Source: Octopus sinensis
Lineage: Eukaryota
Reading direction: 5' to 3'
DNA: 12,768 nucleotides
Assembly: GCF_006345805.1 (NCBI RefSeq)
Contig: NW_021826493.1
Coordinates: forward strand, 1 to 12,768
Position numbers and translations under genes: made by a program. Under the pieces are notes generated by a model. That model searched no databases and had not been told where the DNA came from. It saw nothing but the letters and a program-made list of their open reading frames with translations. Shown here one piece after another: positions 1-7,762 of this stretch. Every line of letters starts with the position of its first letter. The stretch's first letter is position 1.

Positions 1-150
1 ATACACACACACATATAATATATATATATATTTATATATATATATCTATATATATATATATATATATTATACAAACATATGTACACATATATATATATAT
101 ATACTATATATACATACATACATACATACATACATACATACATTTATATA
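1..150. repeat. Compound (CA)n/(TA)n/(TACA)n microsatellite
   Basis: Read directly from the sequence; (TACA)n at about 111-142. Confidence 0.95.
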
Positions 151-164
151 CCACTTCATGTTAA

Positions 165-249
165 GGCTCTGACGAAGCTATTATATGTCGCACTAGCATT
201 AAACTTTGGGTGGGTGCCCAGTTTCATAAAACCGAAACACCAGTAAGCC
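165..249 (+). ncRNA. Type I hammerhead-ribozyme-like motif, C3-G8 core, enlarged helix II region
   Basis: GGCU(165-168)-CUGACGA(169-175)...GAAA(234-237)-C-ACCA-G-UA(244-245)-AGCC(246-249). Helix I is 4 bp and helix III is 2 bp with a GUA cleavage triplet. Helix II closure is poor (only G177-C233), and the insert holds two hairpins (GCUA/UAGC 177-197; AAACU..GGG/CCC..AGUUU 201-224). Confidence 0.45.
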
Positions 250-467
250 AATGAATATGGTTTACGTATCTCCTGTTCTTTTTTCTTTTTCATACATTTA
301 TTGGTTGATATTTCTCTTTCTACTTATCTTCTGGTTCACATAAGGGTCATGAGCTAAGGACATCAGTAATAAAGGATATTATAAGTAGATTCAGTCGGTT
401 ATTGTTTTTTTTTTTTTTATTTCTACGCAGAATTATTATTTTTTTTTTTTTGTTTACAATAACCTAT

Positions 468-824
468 GGGAAGCACTCCGTCGGTTACGACGACGAGGGT
501 TCCGGTTGATCCGATCAACGGAACAGCCTGCTCGTGAAATTAACGTGTAAGTGGCTGAGCACTCCACAGACACGTGTACCCTTAACGTAGTTCTCGGAGA
601 TATTCAGCGTGACACAGAGAGTGACAAGGCCGGCCCTTTGAAAATACAGGTACAACAGAAACAGTGAAAGAGTACAGCAGGGATCACCACCATCCCCTGC
701 CGGAGCCTCGTGGAGCTTTAGGTGTTTTCTCTCAATAAACACTCACAACGCCCGGTCTGGGAATCGAAACCTGGATCCTACGACCGCGAGTCCGCCGCCC
801 TAACCACTGGGCCATTGCGCCTCC
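468..824 (-). mobile_element. Full-length tRNA-derived SINE (octopus OR/OK-type family, name not verified) with 13-bp target-site duplication
   Basis: The minus strand starts GGAGGCGCAA and has an A-box TGGCCCAGTGG (814-804) and a B-box GTTTCGATTCC (770-760). It is flanked by identical TACAATAACCTAT at 455-467 and 825-837. There is a 3' stem-loop at 499-524. Confidence 0.9.
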
Positions 825-1336
825 TACAATAACCTATATACTCCTCCTTAATTCGTTCTGGTGGAGTCCAACGTGAATATGTTGATCGCTGGCGTTTTCA
901 TCGCCAGAGAACACGTTCGAATCTGCCAGAATGCATTAAGAATGAATAAATACGTTACTCTTTGAAATTTTGCTGCTCTTCGTGAATTATTCGATCGTCA
1001 AATGAATTTGTTCGTTTCTTTCCAGTCCTACTTGAATTTACGCGAAAAACATTTTTTTATCGTATATCGAACCAATTGATTGTTTAACCAGCTCGTGAAA
1101 CAAACAATCGATTCGTTTGTTGCTTAAATAATTAACCAAGTGACTAACAAGAAAGAAGTGGAATTTAACCTGCGCGTGTGTTATTGTTATTGGCGTAATG
1201 AACCTCCCAAGACACCGCAAAATTTTTATCATAGATTTATGCGAGTATTTTTTGTAACTCTATTCTTTCTCTACAACTATTTATTATTTATAACTTTTTT
1301 AAAATTAAATTTTGCCTCTTCAGATATTTGACGAAG

Positions 1337-1586
1337 GAGTGTCATCTTCTTCAACACGACAACGCTCGCCCCCATGTTGCTAATTTAGCTAATAATGCTA
1401 TTCAAGACCTCGTATGGGAAGTCCTGCCACACTCACAGTATTCTTCTAAGATAACACCTTCAGGTAATCAAGATTTCCGGTCAATCTCTATGAGTCTGCG
1501 AAGCATTTTCATTCAAAAACGACGTGGAACTGAAAACGTTGGTCGATGAGTTCTTCGAATCAAGACCCAGTGGTTTCTACCGTCAA
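1337..1586 (+). pseudogene. Mariner (DD34D) transposase C-terminal relic
   Basis: Translation gives LLQHDNARPHVA...WEVLPHSQYSSKITPSGNQDFRS, matching the mariner motifs HDNARPH and WEVLPHPPYSPDLAPSDYHLFRS. The Asp at 1358 is followed 34 residues later by Gly (GGT, 1463) where the third catalytic Asp should be. After a +1 frameshift near 1500 it reads FKNDVELKTLVDEFFESRPSGFYRQ, like the mariner C-terminus. No TIRs seen. Confidence 0.9.
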
Positions 1587-1643
1587 CACTCCCCCCACAC
1601 ACACACATACACACACACACACATATTTTTCTTTTTTTCCTTG

Positions 1644-2016
1644 GGCGCAGGAGTAGCTGTGTTGTAAGTAGCTTGCTTACCAACCACATGGGCAAGTGTC
1701 CTCTACTATAGCCTCGAGCCGACCAAAGCCTTGTGAGTGGATTTGGTAGGCGGAAACTGAAAGAAGCTCGTCGTATATATGTATATATATATGTGTGTGT
1801 GTGTGTGTATGTTTGTGTGTCTGCGTTTGTTTCCCTAGCATTGCTTGACAACCGATGCTGGTGTGTTTACGTCCCCGTAACTTAGCTGTTCGGCAAAAGA
1901 GACCGATAGAATAAGTACTAGGCTTACACAGAATAAGTCCTGGGGTCGATTTGCTCGACTAAAGGCGGCGCTCCAGCATGGCCACAGTCAAAAATTACTG
2001 AAACAAGTAAAAGAAT
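1644..2016 (+). mobile_element. tRNA-derived composite SINE with internal (TA)/(TG) microsatellite, B-box region missing
   Basis: Starts GGCGCAGGAG with an A-box-like TAGCTGTGTTG (1654-1664) and a CORE-like GGGCAAGTGTC. Internal microsatellite at 1774-1821. The 3' part (1881-2016) is about 90% identical to the reverse complement of 3338-3479. Family recognition is from memory of octopus SINEs. Confidence 0.8.
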
Positions 2017-2512
2017 ATATTATCGACTGATTTGTTAAAATTGTGGATGAAAAATAAGTATTAGAATTAATGACAATCAAATATACTCTCTCCTCTTTTT
2101 CTGGAAGTCTGTAGGTTGAAAGATAATAGAAATATGGCTGTGGGTTTCTTTTTTCTAGCAAATGAAGTCACTAAGAGATTCACCTCACTACATTCTCTAG
2201 AATATCATAGTACAGCTATAGAATAGGTGATCAGGGTAAATCTAACATGCTTTTCCTTTCGGGTTTTAACCGAATATTCTAATTAAATCGTTAATTATAT
2301 TCTTAAATTCTTAATTTAGATTCGTAATGAAATTAAATCTTCGTAATTAACCAAAGGATAATCCAGATGAGATGATAGACCCCAGGGTCTGAAGGGAGAG
2401 GGGCAATAGGAAGAGAAGAACGACAGGAGATGCGGACCAGGAAGAAATGTAGTGAAACTGTAGAGAGATCCGGAAATTTAATTAAAACTGCACGTGTGGG
2501 AGGAAATAAATG

Positions 2513-2745
2513 ACCGGAAGTGAATTCAGAGAGAACGGGAGTGGAAAACGAGGAGAAGAAGATGACCGGAAGTTAGAACGAAGAAAAAAATAAAAGGAAG
2601 CAAAACAAACCAAATGCAAATTAGAATAGAAATTGTTGAAAATGTCGTGACCGGAAGTATAATGAAAATCCAAGCATGCAATAAAAACAACCGGAAGTAA
2701 ATTTAAAGATTCGTATTGTGTTAAGATGAAGAAGTAAACGGAAGT
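2513..2745 (+). promoter_or_regulatory. Homotypic cluster of ETS-type ACCGGAAGT motifs
   Basis: Exact ACCGGAAGT at 2513, 2565, 2650 and 2690, three of them preceded by TG, plus ACGGAAGT at 2738. All are in the same orientation. The motifs are certain; regulatory function is inferred. Confidence 0.4.
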
Positions 2746-3048
2746 AGATTTGAGTAAATTGAAACAAAACGAAGAAAAAAAAAAGAACAAAAGCGTTTGC
2801 TGAGAATCAACAGAGGTTACACTGACATACAAGTTTGAAATGATGAGGAGGGATTCGGGAGCAATTAATTAAGGTCGTTAATTGAAATTTTAGACGTTGA
2901 CAAATTCTATTTCAAAGCCTGCAATGGGTTAAGTTTCATATTGCTCAGGCTACAATTGCTTGACAGATACAGGGTTCAATCTGCGCTGGGATTTATTTAT
3001 ATATGTTATGAGGTATATATACATGTAAATACACAATATAGATACAAT

Positions 3049-3086
3049 TATATACATACATACATACATATATATAATATATATAT

Positions 3087-3136
<50 letters not shown>

Positions 3137-3140
3137 ATAT
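3049..3140. repeat. (TACA)n/(TA)n microsatellite
   Basis: Read directly from the sequence. Confidence 0.95.
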
Positions 3141-3223
3141 GTAGGTCCCGGGTTGAGTCGGGGTTAACCACAGTAAATAAGTACTCAATACATAGCAGAG
3201 TAAAGTATTATTTTTAGAAGGAC

Positions 3224-3270
3224 CTTCTACAGGACTAGAACTGTTTCATTCAGATGAAATCTTCAGGACA
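3224..3270 (-). ncRNA. Type I hammerhead-ribozyme-like motif, C3-G8 core, helix I truncated
   Basis: Minus strand: UC-CUGAAGA(3266-3260)-U-UUC-AUCU-GAA-U-GAAA(3247-3244)-CAG-UUCUAGUC-CUG-UA-GAAG. All conserved core bases are present. Helix III is 4 bp, helix II is 3 bp plus U.U, and the cleavage triplet is GUA (3230-3228). Helix I is only 2 bp because a microsatellite begins at 3270. Confidence 0.6.
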
Positions 3271-3292
3271 CATACATACATACATACATACA

Positions 3293-3337
<45 letters not shown>
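3270..3337. repeat. (TACA)n then (TA)n microsatellite
   Basis: Read directly from the sequence. Confidence 0.95.
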
Positions 3338-3338
<1 letters not shown>

Positions 3339-3479
3339 CTCTTTCAGTCTTTTACTTCTTTCAGTCATTTGACTGTGGCCATGCTGGAGCACACCCTTTA
3401 GTCGAGCAAATCGACCCCAGGACTTATTCTTAGTAAGCCTAGTACTTATTCTATCGGTCTCATTTGCCGAACCGCTAAG
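3338..3479 (-). mobile_element. 5'-truncated copy of the SINE at 1644-2016 (3' part only)
   Basis: Its reverse complement aligns to 1881-2016 with about 9 substitutions and one 2-nt indel (hand alignment). Confidence 0.85.
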
Positions 3480-4210
3480 ATACATGTTTTTACGAAAAAG
3501 GATCTAAATTTTTGATTGGTTATAATTTTGATGACGTCTTATTCTTTTTTTCGTGGGTGTTTTGGTGAAAAAAATATGTTTTATTTTAGCAAAGTTTAGT
3601 GTCTCGGTTGGTTGGCTTCGTGGTGACGACCAAGATCAAAGAACAGATTCTGGTTGGTTAAGTTTCCTGAGGTCACTTTTATTTTGATCAAAAATATTTT
3701 TCCGTTTTCGACAAGATATTTTTGTTTTGGTGAAGTTCAGTGTTTTGCTTGGTTGACTTCTTTGTAGGGACTCGGTAATCGGTTTTTTCCTGACGGTCAT
3801 CTATCGTTCCGGTCGATTAGTTTCCTTAAGAAGTCACTGTTCGTTTTTTTTTTTCTGAGGGTTCAGTCCTGTCCAGAGGGAAAATTTCATAGGTTTTTGT
3901 CTGGGGTAACATCAGCAACTGGTGTTTGAGAAAGACTATGGTGTTATTGTATAGTAATTTGGATTTGGGGTTTCGAATCTCAAGGGGAGCCTGTTAAAAG
4001 TTTTCGAATTATCTCTGTTGTTTCTAGTCGTTGTTCATGGAAGAACTAATCGCACCACGACAGAAATTGGTGAAAAAAACTTTTTTTTCTCTCCACCTTT
4101 TTCTCTCTCTCTTCTGCATTTTAAAAACCCAATATGATTGAACTTTCAATAATGTACATTTGTTATGATCTTCACCGAACATTTACACTGTTTTAATTCC
4201 ATTCCCTGTG

Positions 4211-4281
<71 letters not shown>
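4211..4281. repeat. (TA)n microsatellite
   Basis: Nearly perfect TA run of about 70 bp. Confidence 0.95.
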
Positions 4282-4283
<2 letters not shown>

Positions 4284-4348
4284 GGAAGAGGGAATCGAAC
4301 CCATGTCCTCTTATTAAGAGCCAAACAAATCAAACACATCTCATCAGC
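4281..4348 (-). other. Degenerate tRNA-like fragment (tRNA-Lys(CTT)-like 3' half; pseudogene or SINE head)
   Basis: Minus strand GGCTCTTAATAAGAGGACATGGGTTCGATTCCC resembles the tRNA-Lys(CTT) segment GACTCTTAATCTCAGGGTCGTGGGTTCGAGCCCC. B-box GGTTCGATTCC at 4301-4291. The stems and 5' half do not fold as a cloverleaf. Confidence 0.4.
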
Positions 4349-4526
4349 TGATGAATTCGTAGTCAGTTTATTCTGGTTATTTCCAGTTGGCACAGCATTG
4401 CCTCGCATAGATTCTTCTAAATACAGACACCGAACGACACCTGGCGAGAAGTGGGGCAAAAAACAACAACAACACCAACAAATCTAGAAATGCGCAGAAA
4501 CTATATACATTCAATTATTACAGTTG

Positions 4527-4677
4527 TAAGTTCGAATTCGTTCATACTGTTTGTCTTTCATACTGTTTGTCTTTCATCCTCCTGGGGTCGATGAAATATT
4601 AGTCATGACATGGGTGTAGGGGTATCAATTAACACCGTCTGTTCAAAACTGCTGGTCTTTCGCCGATATTAGAAACA
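4527..4677 (+). mobile_element. Decayed SINE body fragment (same family as 4779 and 6036) with a 16-bp tandem duplication
   Basis: AAGTTCGAATTC...TTTGTCTTTCATCC..GGGGTCGATGAAA resembles 6100-6175. TTCATACTGTTTGTCT is repeated at 4541-4556 and 4557-4572. Confidence 0.5.
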
Positions 4678-4689
4678 TCATCATCATCA

Positions 4690-4754
<65 letters not shown>

Positions 4755-4776
4755 TCATCATCATTATTATTATTAT
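4677..4776. repeat. (CAT)n/(TAT)n trinucleotide array
   Basis: Read directly from the sequence. Confidence 0.95.
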
Positions 4777-4778
4777 AA

Positions 4779-4897
4779 GGCGGCGAGCTGGCAGAAACGT
4801 TAGCACGCCGAGCGAAATGCGTAGCCGTATTTCGTCTGCCGTTACGTTCTGAGTTCTATCTTTGTATTGTACCCCTCATTAGTAAATAAATGAAATA
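4779..4897 (+). mobile_element. tRNA-derived SINE head, truncated or internally deleted at the B-box
   Basis: GGCGGCGAGC-TGGCAGAAACG (A-box-like, 4789-4799)...CTGAGTTC ends at 4856. Homologous to the decayed copy at 6036. Followed by a short tail-like segment to about 4897. Confidence 0.75.
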
Positions 4898-4923
4898 TCA
4901 TCATCATCATCATTATTATAATT

Positions 4924-5171
4924 GAGAGAGAGAACAGCGCACGTGCCTGGTGCACATGCATCACAACCATACGTGCGAGACATGGTGATCTCATATCAAG
5001 ATTAACAGCGCATGACCTTGCAGGTGGGACGCAGTGACAATTTTTTTCAGGTCGAGTAACCCATTCCGCTCAAAAGGTCTCTGAATAAAGGTCGTTTAAA
5101 GATGTTGAACAAAGCATCAAAGTTTCCAAAAGCGAATCATCCAAGCCCCTCAAAATTCCTCTTAACACAGC

Positions 5172-5173
<2 letters not shown>
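4924..5173 (-). mobile_element. Older, truncated copy of the interspersed repeat at 5203-5749
   Basis: Aligns to 5203-5523 (e.g. GCACATGCATCACAACCAT...GACATGGTGATCTCATATCAAGAT...ATGACCTTGCAGGTGG) with an internal deletion of about 70 bp near its start. Strand is inferred from the adjacent (AAT)n tail. Confidence 0.8.
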
Positions 5174-5202
<29 letters not shown>

Positions 5203-5749
5203 GAGTGAGCGAGCAGAGTATGCCATCAAAGTGACACTGGGGTAAAATATACGAAGCCCAGTATACCCATCATGACTACCCGTCTGATAAGGGTACACCA
5301 GGCACATGCATCACAACCATATGTGCGCGACATGGTGATCTCATATCAAGATAAACAGCACATGACCTTGCAGGTGGAGCCCAGTTAGAATTTTCTTCAG
5401 ATCGAGTAACCCATCCCGCTCAAAGGTCCCTGAATAAGGGTTGTTTAAGGACGTTGAACGAAACACCCATGTTTCCAGAGGTGAATTATTCAAAACCCAA
5501 CAATCCTTCTCAACACATGGCTATGATGCTCCCCCACTACTTCTGCTCGTGATCAGAGATGCACATATCGTCAGTCACTAAGGGACATGCTCAACTGGTT
5601 AAGGTCAAACAACTGACAAGCAAATCTGTGGTATTGAGCAGAATATTTGCTGTAGCCCATCTTTTATACCAGACAAAACAATGTACATGATAACACTTCC
5701 AATCAGTTAAGATCAGAAGCCATGAGAGCCACTGCCTGGTACTGCATCA
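5203..5749 (-). mobile_element. Interspersed retroposon-like repeat with (AAT)n tail (SINE or LINE 3' end; family not assigned)
   Basis: A second copy lies at 4924-5173. The minus strand ends ...CTCGCTCACTC followed by (AAT)n. No ORF found. It resembles an abundant octopus repeat from memory. Confidence 0.75.
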
Positions 5750-5852
5750 ATTATTATATTATTATTATTATTATATCATTATATTATCATTATTATTATT
5801 ATCTTATTATTATTATATTATTATTATCATTATTATTATTATTATTATATTA

Positions 5853-5903
<51 letters not shown>

Positions 5904-5972
5904 CATTATATTATCATATTATTATTATATTATTATTATTATCATTATTATTATATCATTATTATTATCATA

Positions 5973-6030
<58 letters not shown>
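5750..6030. repeat. Imperfect (ATT)n/(ATC)n array
   Basis: Read directly; explains the poly-Ile ORF 5722-6048. Confidence 0.95.
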
Positions 6031-6032
<2 letters not shown>

Positions 6033-6035
6033 GAA

Positions 6036-6232
6036 GGTAACGAGCTAGCAGAGCCGTTAGAACGTCGGATACCAATGCCTTTCTTCCGTCTTTACGCCCT
6101 GAGTTCAATTTCTACTTAGGTAGACTTTGCCTGTCGAAACCAGAAACACCAGTCGATTACTGGGGGGTCGATGAAAGAAACGAGCCCCCTACCGCCATAC
6201 TTTCAAACCTTTTCCCTTGAACAGAAAGAAAC
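6036..6232 (+). mobile_element. Decayed copy of the SINE family at 4779
   Basis: GGTAACGAGCTAGCAGAGCCGTTAGAACGTCG aligns with GGCGGCGAGCTGGCAGAAACGTTAGCACGCCG. Also CTGAGTTCAATTTC, GACTTTGCCT and GGGGTCGATG. Confidence 0.6.
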
Positions 6233-6717
6233 TATTACAATTATTACTGTTGTTGTTGCTGTTGTTACTTCCGTTATTATTAATGTTGTTGCTATTATTG
6301 CTATGCAGCTGCACTTGTTCTTGTTATTATTATACTCATTATTTATAATTATTATTGTTGCTGCTGTTGCTGTTGTAGTTCTTCTCCTCCTTCTTCTTCT
6401 CCTTCTCCTTTTTCTCCTTCTTCGTCTTCTCCTTTTTCTCTTTCTTCTTATTCTTCTTCCTCCTCTTCTCCTACTTCTTCTTCTTCTCCTTCTTCTCCGT
6501 CTCCTTCCTCTTCTTCTCTTTCTTCTCCTTCTTCTTCTCCTTCCTCTTCTTCTCCTTCTCCTCCTCTTCTCCTTCTCTCCTTCCTCTTCTCCTTCTCCTT
6601 CTCCTTCCTCTTCTTCTCCTTCTCCTTCCTCTTCTCCTTCTCCTCCTTCCTCTTCTCCTTCTCCTTCTCCTTCCTCTTCTTCTTCTACTGCTGCCGCTAC
6701 TACTACTACTACTACTT

Positions 6718-6750
<33 letters not shown>

Positions 6751-6864
6751 TTTCTTATTATTGTTCTTGCTGCTGGTGTTGTTGTTGTTGCTGCTGTTGC
6801 TCTTTTTGCGGCTGCTGATGCTGCTGTTGTTGCTGCTGCTACGCTTGATGTTGTTGTTGTTGTT
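6233..6864. repeat. Mosaic trinucleotide tract (TTA/TTG/CTG, CTT/CCT, CTA, TTG/CTG)
   Basis: Read directly; explains ORFs 6171-6818 and 6761-6955. Confidence 0.95.
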
Positions 6865-6997
6865 AGAGAGATATGGCTCCATCTCCTGTAAAGCTAAAAG
6901 ATTTCACACTAACGAACTGGTCGTGGCAACCAATCTGACGCGATTCGGCGGATAATCAGCGGTTATGGCACGACATCAGCTCTACATTAAATGCAGA

Positions 6998-7095
6998 CGA
7001 CAACACCGCACGCCGCCGCCACCTCGACCACCACTACCACCACCACCACCACCAACATCACCACCACTGCCAGAACCAACAACAAAAACGACAAA
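6998..7095. repeat. (CAC)n/(CAA)n low-complexity tract
   Basis: Read directly from the sequence. Confidence 0.9.
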
Positions 7096-7140
7096 ACCAT
7101 TAGTACGGAAAACAAAAACAGAACCAATAAATATATTTAC

Positions 7141-7351
7141 TCACACACACACACACACATGCACACACATACATATACATCCCCTCATATATATATACAT
7201 ATATATATTCTATATATATGTGTGTGTATACATATATATATATATATATGCATACACAAACATATATGTATGCATATAAGTACATACATATTTGCATATA
7301 TACACACATGTATATAGATGGACATGTGTGCATATATATATACATATACAT

Positions 7352-7409
<58 letters not shown>

Positions 7410-7490
7410 CACAGAGAGAGAGTGATTTAGATTTATTAATATGTACTTATATGCAATTGTGAGTATGTATATATGTATATATATATCTAT

Positions 7491-7521
<31 letters not shown>

Positions 7522-7690
7522 ACACACAGATAGCAGTATATATATACATATAATATATACATATATATATACACATATATAGTAATGTATATAGTATATA
7601 TATATATATATATATACGTGTATATATGTGTATATATATATGTATATATTATATAGTAATGTGTGTGTATGCATACACGTAGATACATAC

Positions 7691-7722
<32 letters not shown>

Positions 7723-7762
7723 GTGTGTGTGTATGTGTGTGTGTATGTATGCATGTATATAT
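7141..7762. repeat. Compound (CA)/(TA)/(TG)/(TATG) microsatellite field
   Basis: Read directly; explains the cluster of Y/I/H/T-rich ORFs. Confidence 0.95.

Noticed and set aside
404-430. T-tract plus CAG resembling a 3' splice site
   Set aside because: It is followed by another T-tract and a SINE, not exon-like sequence.
515-742. 75-aa minus-strand ORF
   Set aside because: It lies wholly within the SINE.
1317-1323. Other CUGANGA heptamers on the minus strand (1323-1317, 5400-5394, 5574-5568)
   Set aside because: None has a correctly placed GAAA and helices; consistent with chance.
4341-4354. CUGAUGA on both strands as a possible hammerhead core
   Set aside because: No GAAA with a compatible helix II or III follows on either strand.
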